DNA of 64,000 bases. It comes from Bacillota bacterium. Its GTDB lineage: Bacteria > Gemmatimonadota > Gemmatimonadetes > Gemmatimonadales > GWC2-71-9. The stretch is taken from contig JBLMWC010000012.1 in the NCBI GenBank assembly GCA_050257015.1, forward strand, positions 2,712 through 66,711, read 5' to 3'. This document shows positions 10,275-20,019 of the stretch, in pieces. A program made the translations under genes and the position numbers. A model generated the notes under the pieces. It made no database searches and was not told the DNA's origin. It was given only the letters and a program-made list of their open reading frames with translations. Each line of letters opens with the position of its first letter. Position 1 is the stretch's first letter.

Positions 10275-11570
10275 ATGCACTGGATACGAGCCGCGGGCCT
10301 CGCCGGCACGCTGGCGCTCGGAGCGGCGATCGCGCCGGCCCGCGCGCAGGCACCCGATACCGCGGCGGCAGTGAGCGCGGTCCATGACTTCGAGGCCGCG
10401 TGCCGCAGGGATCACGGCGCGCTCTGGGGCCGCACGCTCTGCGGTCCCATGCTCGTCGCCGACCGGGGGAGCGGGTTCGCCGTCGCGAGCGAGCGACCGC
10501 CCGAAGGAATCTTCGAGGAGCGGGACGGGGTGTACGTGGGCCGCATCCCCGACGGGATGGCGCTGGCGAACACCTCGTTCGACTGGTCGGGCCACCGGTG
10601 GTCGTCGGTGCGCATGCCGCTGCCCGCCGACCGGTTCGAGCGGCTGGCGCTGCTGGCCCACGAGGCCTTCCACCGCATTCAGCCGGAGCTCGGCCTCGAG
10701 GGCGCCGACGCGATGAACGCCCATCTCGACGAGCGCAACGGCCGGTACTGGCTCCGGCTCGAGCTGCACGCGCTCAGCACCGCGCTCCGCTCGAGCGGCC
10801 AGGCGGCGCGGACCGCGGCGCGGGATGCGATGCTCTTCCGCGCCAACCGACAGCGGCTCTATCCCGGCGCCGACACGCTCGAGCCCAAGCTCGAGCGCGC
10901 GGAAGGGCTCGCCGAGTATACCGGGGACAAGATCGCGCTCGGTCTGACGGGCGCGTCCACCGCGCGTGTGGCCGATGTGCGGACGTTCGAGTCGCAGCCG
11001 ACGTTCGTGCGGTCGCTCGGCTACGGAACCGGGCCGCTGCTCGGGCTCCTGCTCGATCGATATGCCGCAGGCTGGCGGACGCGTGCGGCGCGTGAGGGGA
11101 TGGCTCAGCAGCTCGTGCGCGTGCTTCGCTTCGTGCCGCCACGCGATCTCGCTGCCCGGGCCGAGCGGCGGGCGTCCGTCTACGGCGGCGGCGAGATCGC
11201 AGCTCAGGAGGATGCGCGAGAGGCGGATCGGCAGCGGCGCCTCGCCGACCTGCGGGCCCGGCTCGTGGCGGGACCGGTACTGGTGCTCGAGCAGAGCGGC
11301 CTCCGGCGGGCGTTCAACCCGAACACGCTCGTCTCGATGCCGCCGGAGGGGACCGTCTATCCGACCGGCTCGTTCTCCGCCGACTGGGGCTCGCTCGACG
11401 TGACCGAGGGCGGAGCGCTGGTATCGACCGACTACCACTCGCTCCGGGTGCCGGCGCCCTCCGACACGACGGGCCGGACGATCCACGGCGCCGGATGGAC
11501 GCTCGAGCTGGCGCCGGGATGGAGCATCCGGCCCGGCACACGGCCAGGCGACCTCACCGTGGGCCACTGA
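10275..11570 (+). CDS. Secreted hypothetical protein with an HExxH motif (possible metallopeptidase)
   Basis: Signal peptide ..APARAQA. HEAFH motif in LALLAHEAFHRIQPELG. It starts 2 nt after the stop of the previous gene. Confidence 0.55.
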   Translation: MHWIRAAGLAGTLALGAAIAPARAQAPDTAAAVSAVHDFEAACRRDHGALWGRTLCGPMLVADRGSGFAVASERPPEGIFEERDGVYVGRIPDGMALANTSFDWSGHRWSSVRMPLPADRFERLALLAHEAFHRIQPELGLEGADAMNAHLDERNGRYWLRLELHALSTALRSSGQAARTAARDAMLFRANRQRLYPGADTLEPKLERAEGLAEYTGDKIALGLTGASTARVADVRTFESQPTFVRSLGYGTGPLLGLLLDRYAAGWRTRAAREGMAQQLVRVLRFVPPRDLAARAERRASVYGGGEIAAQEDAREADRQRRLADLRARLVAGPVLVLEQSGLRRAFNPNTLVSMPPEGTVYPTGSFSADWGSLDVTEGGALVSTDYHSLRVPAPSDTTGRTIHGAGWTLELAPGWSIRPGTRPGDLTVGH

Positions 11571-11594
11571 CGGGGGCAACGACCGCAACAAAAA

Positions 11595-11622
11595 GCGGCC
11601 GGCGATCGAGATCGCCGGCCGC
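11595..11622. terminator. Bidirectional intrinsic terminator between the HExxH gene and tRNA-Phe
   Basis: Perfect 12-bp stem GCGGCCGGCGAT/ATCGCCGGCCGC with loop CGAG. It is flanked by CAACAAAAA on the left (TTTTTGTTG on the minus strand, downstream of the tRNA) and TTCATT on the right. Confidence 0.7.
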
Positions 11623-11646
11623 TTCATTGTCGCCATCATCTGGCAG

Positions 11647-11719
11647 TGGCCAGGGACAGAATCGAACTGTCGACACCTGCATTTTCAGTGCAGTGCTCTA
11701 CCAACTGAGCTACCTGGCC
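11647..11719 (-). tRNA. tRNA-Phe: tRNA-Phe (anticodon GAA)
   Basis: The minus strand reads GGCCAGG TA GCTC AGTTGGTA GAGC A CTGCA CTGAAAA TGCAG GTGTC GACAG TTCGATT CTGTC CCTGGCC A. This is a 73-nt cloverleaf with a 7-bp acceptor stem and a T-loop TTCGATT. CCA is not encoded. Confidence 0.95.
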
Positions 11720-11838
11720 GCGGGCGCATAATCTAGCAAGGCGCCCCCGGGCGGGGGAAGGCGCCGGAATCCTCGCCCGGGCGGGCTGCCTCCACCATAT
11801 TAGGACTGCCCGTTCGACCCGCACCCCTCGGAGGTTCC

Positions 11839-13002
11839 ATGTCCCGTTGCACATTGGGGCTTTTCGCGCCCGCCATGCTGCTGCCGCTCGCGCTCGCCGG
11901 CCAGGCGCCGGAGCGCGGCGGATTCATCGTCCGGCTCGGTAACGATACCGTCGCGGTCGAGCGCTTTTCGCGCACTCGCACCCAGCTCGAAGGTGACGTC
12001 GTCAGCCGCAGTCCGCGGACCACGATCGTCCACTATGTGGCCACGCTGGGCCCGACCGGTCGGATCACGCGATTCGAATCGGCGATGCACGCCGGCGCCA
12101 CCGGCCTCGCCGGCGCGCCGCTGCAGAGCAGCGTCGTGACCATGGTCGGCGACACTGCCGTCGTCGAGCTGCATGGCGGCGCCCGCGGCGAGCGCACGAT
12201 GAAGGTTCCGGTCCGACCCGGAGCGGTCCCGATGCCGCCGCTCACCTTCGCCTTCTACGAGCAGATGGTCCGGCAGGCCCGTGCCGAGAAGAAGGACAGC
12301 ATGCTGGTCGACATGGTCTTCCCCGGCGCCGAGAAGGCGACCCAGACCAGGCTCATCATGCGGCGCGACTCCGCGATCGTGGATCTCTTCGGCCTCCCCG
12401 CCTATGCGCGCCTCGACAACATCGGTCGGGTGCTGAACCTCGACGGCCGCCAGACGACCGACAAGGTGCTGGTGGACCGGGTGGACAACGTGAACGCCGA
12501 CTCGCTGGCCAGGGCGTTCGGCGCGCGCGAGTCCGCGACCGGCCCCCTGGGCCCGCTCTCGCCGCGCGACACCGCCCACGCCATGATCGGCAACGCCATG
12601 GTGATGGTCGACTACGGCCGGCCGCATCAGCGCGGCCGCCGGATCTTCGGCGTCGTGGTCCCCTACGGCGAGGTCTGGCGCACCGGCGCGAACGCGGCGA
12701 CGCAGCTCATCACCGATCACGCCCTCGTGATCGGCGGGACGACGGTCCCCGCCGGCACCTATACCCTCTGGACGCTGCCGAGCACGACGGGCGCGCAGCT
12801 GATCATCAACAAGCAGCACGGCCAGTGGGGCACCGACTACGATCCGCAGCAGGATCTCGTCCGGCTTCCGATGAAGCAGACCGCGCTGTCGACGCCGGTG
12901 GAGCAGTTCACCATCGCCGTCGACCCCTCGGGTACGACGGGCGGCACCCTGCGCCTGCAGTGGGACGTGACGGAGTACTCGATCCCGTTCACCGTACAGT
13001 AG
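11839..13002 (+). CDS. Secreted protein with a C-terminal DUF2911 domain
   Basis: Signal peptide. C-terminal VDYGRPHQRGRRIFGVVVPYGEVWRTGANAATQL..GGTTVPAGTYTLWTLP..QLIINKQ matches the DUF2911 pattern I remember. GGAGG precedes the ATG. Confidence 0.7.
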   Translation: MSRCTLGLFAPAMLLPLALAGQAPERGGFIVRLGNDTVAVERFSRTRTQLEGDVVSRSPRTTIVHYVATLGPTGRITRFESAMHAGATGLAGAPLQSSVVTMVGDTAVVELHGGARGERTMKVPVRPGAVPMPPLTFAFYEQMVRQARAEKKDSMLVDMVFPGAEKATQTRLIMRRDSAIVDLFGLPAYARLDNIGRVLNLDGRQTTDKVLVDRVDNVNADSLARAFGARESATGPLGPLSPRDTAHAMIGNAMVMVDYGRPHQRGRRIFGVVVPYGEVWRTGANAATQLITDHALVIGGTTVPAGTYTLWTLPSTTGAQLIINKQHGQWGTDYDPQQDLVRLPMKQTALSTPVEQFTIAVDPSGTTGGTLRLQWDVTEYSIPFTVQ

Positions 13003-13013
13003 GAGGCCGGCGC

Positions 13014-13037
13014 GGGGCGGGCCGCTCGGTCCGCCCC
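13014..13037 (+). terminator. Candidate terminator hairpin after the DUF2911 gene
   Basis: GGGGCGGGCC-GCTC-GGTCCGCCCC forms a 10-bp stem including one G:U pair. Only TT follows, so the U tract is weak. Confidence 0.35.
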
Positions 13038-13083
13038 TTGCCGCCCCTACAGTGATTCGGTGAGCCCCGCCATATTCCCGGCC

Positions 13084-13728
13084 ATGGCGCCCCGGACCTT
13101 TCCCAACCTCACCGTACTCTCCCATCCGCTCATTCAGCACAAGCTGACCATTCTGCGCGATCGCCGTACGACCACGCGGGACTTCAAGCAACTGGTCAAC
13201 GAGATCGCCACGCTGATGGCCTACGAGGTGACGAAGGACCTCCCGACCGAGCCGGTGACGATCGACACGCCGCTCGAGACGATGGAGGGTCGGCAGGTGT
13301 CGGGAAAGAAGCTCACTCTGGTGCCGATCCTCCGCGCCGGCCTCGGCATGGTCGAGGGGATCGCACAGCTCATCCCGTCGGCGCGGGTCGGCCATATCGG
13401 GCTCTACCGCGAGCACGACACGCTCAAGCCGGTGGACTACTACTTCAAGATCCCGGCGGACGAGATCGAGCGCGACTTCTTCATACTCGACCCGATGCTC
13501 GCCACGGGCGGGAGCGGCGTGGCGGCAGTGAGCGCGCTCAAGCATGCCGGCGCCCGTCGCATCCGCTTTCTCTGTCTCGTCGCGGCGCCGGAGGGAGTGC
13601 AGCGGATGCTCGACGCGCACCCCGACGTCCCGATCTTCGCCGCGGCGCTCGACCGCCAGCTCAGTCCGGTAGGCTACATCCTGCCCGGCCTGGGCGACGC
13701 CGGCGACCGCCTCTTCGGCACTCGCTGA
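13084..13728 (+). CDS. upp: Uracil phosphoribosyltransferase
   Basis: [77 protein letters not shown]. The track start is GTG 13060. ATG 13084 gives the usual length of about 214 aa. Confidence 0.93.
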   Translation: MAPRTFPNLTVLSHPLIQHKLTILRDRRTTTRDFKQLVNEIATLMAYEVTKDLPTEPVTIDTPLETMEGRQVSGKKLTLVPILRAGLGMVEGIAQLIPSARVGHIGLYREHDTLKPVDYYFKIPADEIERDFFILDPMLATGGSGVAAVSALKHAGARRIRFLCLVAAPEGVQRMLDAHPDVPIFAAALDRQLSPVGYILPGLGDAGDRLFGTR

Positions 13729-13757
13729 GCGCCCCTCTCACAGCCATCGCGGACCCG

Positions 13758-15155
13758 ATGACGTCTCCGATCCGTCTGACATTCTGGGGGGCGGCCGGGC
13801 AGGTGACCGGCTCGATGCATCTGCTGGAGGCCGCCGGCGCCAAGGTCCTCCTCGACGCCGGCCTCTTCCAGGGTCACCGCGCCGATACGCGGAAGCTCAA
13901 CGCCGACCTGCCCTTCGACGCGCGGCGGATCGACTCGATCATCGTGAGCCACGCCCACATCGATCACACCGGGCGGCTGCCGCTTCTGGCCAACGCCGGA
14001 TTCCACGGCCCCATCATCGCGACGCCGGCCACGCGCGATCTCTGCGCGCCGATGCTGGCCGACGCGGCCCACATCCAGGAGAAGGACTTCGAGTTCCTGG
14101 AGCGGCACGGCCGGGCTGGCCCCGATGCGCGGCCCCTCTATACGATGGCCGATGCGGTGCGGGTGCAGAAACTCATGATCGGAGTGCCGTACCACCGGAT
14201 CCATCATGTGCGCAAGAACCTGTCACTCGAGTATCTCGACGCGGGGCACATCCTCGGATCGGCGTCGGTGGATCTCCGGATCACGGAGGGGACCTCCCAC
14301 CGGCTCGTCTTCTCGGGCGACATCGGCCGCGGCGGCCTGCCCATCATCCGCGATCCCGAGCCGCCGGCGGGGCCGATCGACACGCTGATCATCGAATCCA
14401 CCTACTCCGAGCGCGACCACGATTCGGTCGCCGGATCGGAGGAGCGGCTCGGGGAGGCGATTCGCCGCACCGCCGCGAGGGGCGGAAAGGTGCTGGTGCC
14501 GGCGTTCGCGGTGGGACGGGTGCAGGAGCTGGTGTACAGCATCAACCAGCTCTTCCGCGCCGGGAAGATCCCGAAGATCCCGGTCTTCGTGGACAGTCCG
14601 CTCGCCGTGGACGTGACGAGCGTCTTCCGGCTCCATCCGGAGACGTTCGATCGGACCGAGGTGCTGGTGGAGTCGGGCGCGCCGATCTTCGACATGCCGC
14701 TCCTGCAGTACATCCGCGATGTCCAGGATTCGAAGGCCCTCAACCGGCTCGCGGGACCGGCGGTGATCATCGCGGCATCCGGCATGGCGGAGAACGGGCG
14801 CATCCTGCACCACCTGGCCAACAACATCGGCGACCACCGCTCACTCGTACTCTTCGTGGGCTTCCAGGCCGATGGAACGCTGGGGCGGAGGATTCAGGAC
14901 GGGGCGAAGAGCGTGAAGATCTTCGGCGAGATGCACGATATGCGGGCGGAGACGGAAACGCTCGCCGGCTACTCGGCTCACGCCGACCGCAACGAGCTCC
15001 GCGCGTGGGTGAAGGGGATCGGGGCACCGGTTCGCCGCGCCTTCTGCGTGCATGGCGAGCCCTCCGCGCTCCAGACGATGGCCGGCATTCTCCGCGAGGA
15101 GGGAGTCCGCCAGGTGCACGTTCCCGCCCACGGCGAGTCGTTCGAATTGTCGTGA
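13758..15155 (+). CDS. MBL-fold metallo-hydrolase with beta-CASP/RNA-specificity domains (RNase J/CPSF-like)
   Basis: LTFWGAAGQVTGSMHLLE..LLDAGLFQG..VSHAHIDHTGRLP (HxHxDH motif). The 465-aa size and the C-terminal ..YSAHADRNEL.. are typical of beta-CASP nucleases. Confidence 0.85.
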   Translation: MTSPIRLTFWGAAGQVTGSMHLLEAAGAKVLLDAGLFQGHRADTRKLNADLPFDARRIDSIIVSHAHIDHTGRLPLLANAGFHGPIIATPATRDLCAPMLADAAHIQEKDFEFLERHGRAGPDARPLYTMADAVRVQKLMIGVPYHRIHHVRKNLSLEYLDAGHILGSASVDLRITEGTSHRLVFSGDIGRGGLPIIRDPEPPAGPIDTLIIESTYSERDHDSVAGSEERLGEAIRRTAARGGKVLVPAFAVGRVQELVYSINQLFRAGKIPKIPVFVDSPLAVDVTSVFRLHPETFDRTEVLVESGAPIFDMPLLQYIRDVQDSKALNRLAGPAVIIAASGMAENGRILHHLANNIGDHRSLVLFVGFQADGTLGRRIQDGAKSVKIFGEMHDMRAETETLAGYSAHADRNELRAWVKGIGAPVRRAFCVHGEPSALQTMAGILREEGVRQVHVPAHGESFELS

Positions 15156-15168
15156 GTCGATTCGAACG
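15139..15168 (+). terminator. Hairpin spanning the MBL-gene stop codon (possible attenuator/terminator)
   Basis: CGTTCGAAT-12 nt-ATTCGAACG forms a 9-bp stem, followed by GTAGCTTTCG. The function is uncertain. Confidence 0.25.
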
Positions 15169-15181
15169 GTAGCTTTCGAGG

Positions 15182-15793
15182 GTGCCACGCATCGTTCGCG
15201 GCCTCCTCAAGTCCCTCGGATTCCTCCTGCTCGCCGCCGGGATCGCCTTCACGGTCGCTCTCGTCTTCGTGCTCGTCGTGAGCCAGCAGGATCAGCGGCG
15301 CGCGGCGGACGCGATCGTCGTGCTGGGCGCTGCGCAGTACAACGGCCGACCGTCCCCCGTCCTCAAGGCGCGCCTCGACCACGCCGCCGAGCTGTATCGC
15401 GACAAGCTCGCGCCCCGAATCATCGTCACCGGCGGAGTCGGCCGGGGCGACACGATGAGCGAGGCGGCGGTCAGCCGCCGCTATCTCCTCTGGCGCGGGG
15501 TGCGGGATACCGCCATCGTCGTCCAGCCGCAGGGCCGCTCCACCTACACGTCGATGACGGTCGTCGCCCAGTGGCTGCAACTTCGCCGCCTCTCGAGCGT
15601 AATACTCGTGAGCGATCCGTTCCACATGTGCCGGCTCCGCCTGGAGGCGCGCCGCACCGAGCTGACCGCCTACACCTCCCCGACGCCGACGAGCCCGATC
15701 TCGGACAACCCGAACCTCGAGCTCCTCTATCTGGCGCGGGAGGCGCTCAAGGTCCCGGTGGCGTGGGTTCGAAGCTGGAAATGGCTGCGTTAG
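15182..15793 (+). CDS. YdcF/DUF218 family membrane-anchored protein
   Basis: N-terminal TM helix, then IVVLGAAQYNGRPSPVLKARLDHAAELY..IIVTGGVGRGDTMSEA..LVSDPFHMCR, typical of DUF218 (SanA/YdcF/ElyC). Confidence 0.8.
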   Translation: MPRIVRGLLKSLGFLLLAAGIAFTVALVFVLVVSQQDQRRAADAIVVLGAAQYNGRPSPVLKARLDHAAELYRDKLAPRIIVTGGVGRGDTMSEAAVSRRYLLWRGVRDTAIVVQPQGRSTYTSMTVVAQWLQLRRLSSVILVSDPFHMCRLRLEARRTELTAYTSPTPTSPISDNPNLELLYLAREALKVPVAWVRSWKWLR

Positions 15794-15824
15794 CACCTTC
15801 ACGATTCCCTACCATGCAGAGGTC

Positions 15825-17204
15825 ATGATGCGTCATCGCCGGGCCCTGAGGGCGCTGGCCGCCGCGGCCGCCATCGCGGCGGCTCCATCCGCGGCGGCCG
15901 CGCAGACGGCGCCACTTCACGTGGCGTACGTCCTCGACACCCTCCCCAATGGGCTCACCCTCATCGTGCACGAGGACCACTCCGCGCCCATCGTCACCGT
16001 CAACACCTGGCGCCACGTCGGCTCCGGCGACGAAACCCCGGGCCGCACAGGGTTCGCCCACCTCTTCGAGCACCTGATGTTCATGGGATCGCAGCACGCG
16101 GTCTATCCACAGTTCGACCGTCTGCTTGAGGCGGCGGGCGGCGACAACAACGGCTCGACCAACAACGACCGCACCAACTACTACGAGGAAGGGCCCGCCA
16201 ACGCCCTCCCGCTCATGCTCTGGCTCGAGGCCGACCGCACCGGCTGGCTCCTGCCCACGATGGACTCCGCCAAGGTGGACCTCCAGCGCGACGTTGTGAA
16301 GAACGAGCGGCGGCAGGGAGTGGACAACCAGCCCTACGGCCTCGCCGACGAGACGATCGCCGCGATGCTCTACCCACGAAGCCACCCGTACTCCTGGCCG
16401 GTCATCGGCTCGATGACCGACCTGTCGGCGGCGTCGCTCGAGGACGTCAAGAACTTCTTCCGCCAGTACTACGCGCCCAACAACACCACCATCACCGTCG
16501 CCGGTGACGTCCGTGCGGCCGACGTGAAGGCCTTGGTGCAGAAGTACTTCGGCGAGATTCCGCGGGGACCCGGCATCACCCGCAACTCCCCCGCCCCGTT
16601 CAGCCTCGCGGCCGACACCATGGCGGTGCTGGAGGACCGGGTTCAGCTCCCGCGGCTCTACTACACCTGGCACACCGTGAAGGCGTGGGCGCCGGACGAC
16701 GCGGCGCTCGACCTCGTCGCGTACCTGCTCACCGGCGCCAAGAACTCCCGGCTCACACAGACGCTGGTGTACGACAAGCAGACCGCGAGCCAGGTGCAGG
16801 CCTACCACGACAGCCGCCGGCTCGACGGCGAGTTCGACGTCATCGCGACCGCCCGACCGGGCCACAAGCTGCCCGAGCTGCAGACGGTGGTCGACGCCGA
16901 GCTGCAGCGGCTCGCCGGCTCGGGCCCGACGGCGCGCGAGCTGGAGCAGGCGAAAAATGCGCGGGAGGCGAGCTTCCTCCGCGGCATCGAGCGCGTCGGC
17001 CGGAAGGCGGATGAGCTCAACGCCTACTACTACCAGATCGGCGACCCCGACGGGTTCCAGCGCGATCTCGACCGCTACCGCGCCGTCACCGCCGCCGACA
17101 TCCAGCGCGTCGTGCGCACCTATCTCACCGGCCCGCGGGCCATCCTGAGCATCGTGCCGCAGGGGAAGCGCGACCTGGCGGCGACGGGGAGGACCACGCC
17201 ATGA
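15825..17204 (+). CDS. Secreted M16 (pitrilysin/insulinase) zinc peptidase, catalytic-type subunit
   Basis: Signal peptide. Inverted zinc motif HxxEH in FAHLFEHLMFMGS, with the downstream NERRQ glutamate region. Confidence 0.9.
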   Translation: MMRHRRALRALAAAAAIAAAPSAAAAQTAPLHVAYVLDTLPNGLTLIVHEDHSAPIVTVNTWRHVGSGDETPGRTGFAHLFEHLMFMGSQHAVYPQFDRLLEAAGGDNNGSTNNDRTNYYEEGPANALPLMLWLEADRTGWLLPTMDSAKVDLQRDVVKNERRQGVDNQPYGLADETIAAMLYPRSHPYSWPVIGSMTDLSAASLEDVKNFFRQYYAPNNTTITVAGDVRAADVKALVQKYFGEIPRGPGITRNSPAPFSLAADTMAVLEDRVQLPRLYYTWHTVKAWAPDDAALDLVAYLLTGAKNSRLTQTLVYDKQTASQVQAYHDSRRLDGEFDVIATARPGHKLPELQTVVDAELQRLAGSGPTARELEQAKNAREASFLRGIERVGRKADELNAYYYQIGDPDGFQRDLDRYRAVTAADIQRVVRTYLTGPRAILSIVPQGKRDLAATGRTTP

Positions 17205-18640
17205 ACCGCACCCTACTCGCGCTCGCACTCGCACTGACCCTCGGCAGCCGGCTCGCGGCGCAGACGCCCGCGGTCGCGACGCAGCCCTCGCTCGCTCCGG
17301 CACCGCGGCTGGTGGTGCCGGTGGTGCAGAAGACCCGGCTCGCCAACGGGCTCTCGATCGAGGTCGTACCGATGCACGAGGTCCCGCTGGTGCAGGCCAC
17401 GCTGCTGGTGAGTGGCGGCGCGCGGCTCGACGGCAGCCGGCCCGGCCTCGCCACCTTCACCGCCAACATGCTCGACGAAGGCGCCGGCACGCGCGACGCC
17501 TTCGCGCTGGCGGCCGAGGTGGCCTACCTCGGTGCGTCGCTCAACACCGGCGCCGGCTGGGATGCCGTCACCGTGGATGTCGGCGCGCCGAAGCGCACCT
17601 TCAGCCGTGCCATGGGGCTCATGGCCGACGTCGTCCTGCGGCCCACCTTCTCGGTCGCCGACGTGAAGCGGCAGCGCGATCTCCGCCTCGCGAGCATCCT
17701 CCAGCAGCGGGACCAGCCGGGTGCCGTCGCTGGGCTCGTCTTCAACGCCATGGTCTTCCCCGGCGGCCATCCGTACCACGCGCCGATCAACGGCGACTCC
17801 GCCGCCACCGCGGGACTCGACTCCGCAAGCGTCCGCGAGTTCTGGCGCCGCGCGGCCGATCCGCGCCGGGCCACCCTCGTCGTCACCGGCGACGTCACGG
17901 TGGCCGAGGTGCGGGCGCTGGCGCAGAAGCTCTTCGGCGGGTGGAGAGCGCCGGCCAGGCCCTTCGCGCCGCCGCCGGCCGGCACCGCACCGGGCCGCCC
18001 GGCAACGCACATCGTACTGGTGGACAAGCCGGGCGCGGCGCAGAGCGTCATCGCGATCGGCGCACCCGGCGTGACGCGGCGGTCTCCCGATTATCCCGCC
18101 ATCACGCTGATGAACACGATCCTGGGCGGGTCCTTCTCGTCCCGTCTCAATGACGTGCTGCGGGAGCAGAAGGGCTACACCTACGGCGCGGGCTCGGGGT
18201 ACTCGTGGCGTCCGCTCCCCGGGCCGTTCACCGCGAGCGCGCAGGTCCGGAGCAACGTCACCGACAGCTCGCTCGCGATCTTCTTCCGCGAGTTCCGGCG
18301 GATCCGCGACAGCGGCGTCACCGGCAAGGAGCTCGAGCGGGCGCGCGCCTATCTGGTGCTCGGCTCGCTGGGCGACTTCGAGACCACGGGTCAGGTCGCC
18401 GGGCAGCTCGCCGCGCTGACCGTCCTCGGCCTCCCCCTCACGACGATCCCGGCTGACCTGGCGGCGATCCAGCATCTCACCGCGGCCGACGTGCAGCGTG
18501 CCGCGCGCACCTATCTGGACCCAGACCACCTGACGATCGTCGTCGTCGGAGACATCGCCACCATCAGGCCGGGGATCGAGGCGCTTGGCCTCGGTCCCGT
18601 CGAGGTGAGGGATTACAACGGAAACGAGGTGGGGAAATGA
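17201..18640 (+). CDS. Secreted M16 family protein lacking HxxEH (non-catalytic partner subunit)
   Basis: Signal peptide. M16 fold signatures are present (..GGARLDG..GLATFTANMLDEGAG..) but there is no HxxEH. ATGA overlap with the upstream gene. Confidence 0.85.
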   Translation: MNRTLLALALALTLGSRLAAQTPAVATQPSLAPAPRLVVPVVQKTRLANGLSIEVVPMHEVPLVQATLLVSGGARLDGSRPGLATFTANMLDEGAGTRDAFALAAEVAYLGASLNTGAGWDAVTVDVGAPKRTFSRAMGLMADVVLRPTFSVADVKRQRDLRLASILQQRDQPGAVAGLVFNAMVFPGGHPYHAPINGDSAATAGLDSASVREFWRRAADPRRATLVVTGDVTVAEVRALAQKLFGGWRAPARPFAPPPAGTAPGRPATHIVLVDKPGAAQSVIAIGAPGVTRRSPDYPAITLMNTILGGSFSSRLNDVLREQKGYTYGAGSGYSWRPLPGPFTASAQVRSNVTDSSLAIFFREFRRIRDSGVTGKELERARAYLVLGSLGDFETTGQVAGQLAALTVLGLPLTTIPADLAAIQHLTAADVQRAARTYLDPDHLTIVVVGDIATIRPGIEALGLGPVEVRDYNGNEVGK

Positions 18641-20019
18641 TTCGGAGCCGAATGCGGGTCGCCGGGGCCGCGCTGCTGCTGAGCGCGCTTCCGGCCTTCC
18701 GCCCCGCTGCCTCCGCCCAGGCGCTCCGGGTGCCCACCGACACCTTCACGCTCCTCAACGGGCTCAAGGTCGCCGTCCACGAGGATCATTCAGCGCCGCT
18801 CGTCGCGGTGAACGTGTGGTATCACGTGGGGTCGGGACGCGAGGTCGCGGGCCGGAGCGGCTTCGCCCACCTCTTCGAGCACATGATGTTCCAGGGCTCG
18901 AAGGACGTGGAGAAGGGTGCCCATTTCAGCACGGTGCAGGAGGCGGGCGGCACGCTCAACGGGTCGACCAACAGCGACCGCACCAACTACTACGAGATGG
19001 TCCCGTCGAACTATCTCGAGCAGGTGCTCTGGCTCGAGGCCGACCGGATGGGGTCCCTGCTCGACGCCTTCTCTCAGGAGAAGCTCGACAACCAGCGCGA
19101 CGTGGTGAAGAACGAGCGCCGCCAGAACTACGAGAACGCGCCCTACGGCCTCGCGAGTATCCGTCTCGGCGAGCTGCTCTATCCCGTCGGACATCCCTAT
19201 CACGCTCCCACCATCGGTTATCAGGCCGACCTGACCGCGGCGTCGGCCGAGGACGTCGCCGGCTTCTTCCGGCAGTGGTACGTGCCGAACAATGCCTCGA
19301 TCGTCATCGCGGGCGACGTGAAGCCTGCCGAGGTCCGCCGGCTGGTCGCCCGCTACTTCGGCGACATCCCGAAGGGATCGGCCCCTCCGGCCGTGAAGCC
19401 GATGCCGGTGACGCTCACCGCCGATCAGCGGGACGTGATGGAAGATCGGGTGACGCTGGCGCGCGTGAGCCTGGTCTGGCCCACCGTCGAGCGTTGGAAC
19501 GCCGACGATCCTGCGCTCGACGTCTTCGGCTCGATCCTCGGCCAGGGCAAGTCGTCCCGCCTCTACGAGCGACTGGTCTACCGGGAACAGGCCGCGCAGT
19601 CGGCGACGGCGGGCCAGAGCTCACGGCCGCTCGCCGGCCAGTTCCAGGTGACGGTGATGGCCCGTGAGGGGACGAGCCTCACCCGGATGGAGCGGGAGGT
19701 CTACGAGGAGATCGCGCGCCTGGCCAGGGACGGCCCGACGCCGGCGGAGATGGCTCGCGCGCGGAATGGCAACGAGGCGCGGTCGGTCTACCAGCTGCAG
19801 ACCCTCCTCGGCAAGGCCGACCGGATCAATCAGTACCTGACCGAGCGCGGCACCCCCGACTACTTCAATGAGGAGCTCGCGCGCTACGCCGCCGTCACGC
19901 CGGCCGATGTGCAGCGAGTGGCACAGACCTACATCCACAACCGCCCGCACATCATTCTCTCGGTGGTGCCGAACGGCCACCGCGAGCTCGCCGCGCAGAC
20001 TCCCGAGGTGCATCCATGA
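18637..20019 (+). CDS. Secreted M16 zinc peptidase, catalytic-type subunit (paralog of 15825-17204)
   Basis: FAHLFEHMMFQGS (HxxEH). It aligns by eye over long ungapped stretches with the first M16 gene. ATGA overlap. Confidence 0.9.
   Translation: MIRSRMRVAGAALLLSALPAFRPAASAQALRVPTDTFTLLNGLKVAVHEDHSAPLVAVNVWYHVGSGREVAGRSGFAHLFEHMMFQGSKDVEKGAHFSTVQEAGGTLNGSTNSDRTNYYEMVPSNYLEQVLWLEADRMGSLLDAFSQEKLDNQRDVVKNERRQNYENAPYGLASIRLGELLYPVGHPYHAPTIGYQADLTAASAEDVAGFFRQWYVPNNASIVIAGDVKPAEVRRLVARYFGDIPKGSAPPAVKPMPVTLTADQRDVMEDRVTLARVSLVWPTVERWNADDPALDVFGSILGQGKSSRLYERLVYREQAAQSATAGQSSRPLAGQFQVTVMAREGTSLTRMEREVYEEIARLARDGPTPAEMARARNGNEARSVYQLQTLLGKADRINQYLTERGTPDYFNEELARYAAVTPADVQRVAQTYIHNRPHIILSVVPNGHRELAAQTPEVHP

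Noticed and set aside
11571-11838. tRNA-Phe as an integration hotspot or genomic-island border
   Set aside because: There is no integrase, no direct repeat of the tRNA 3' end, and no compositional shift in the flanking genes.
15765-15775. GGGTTCGAAGC, a tRNA T-arm-like string
   Set aside because: It lies inside the ydcF-like coding frame. No acceptor or anticodon stems can be built around it.
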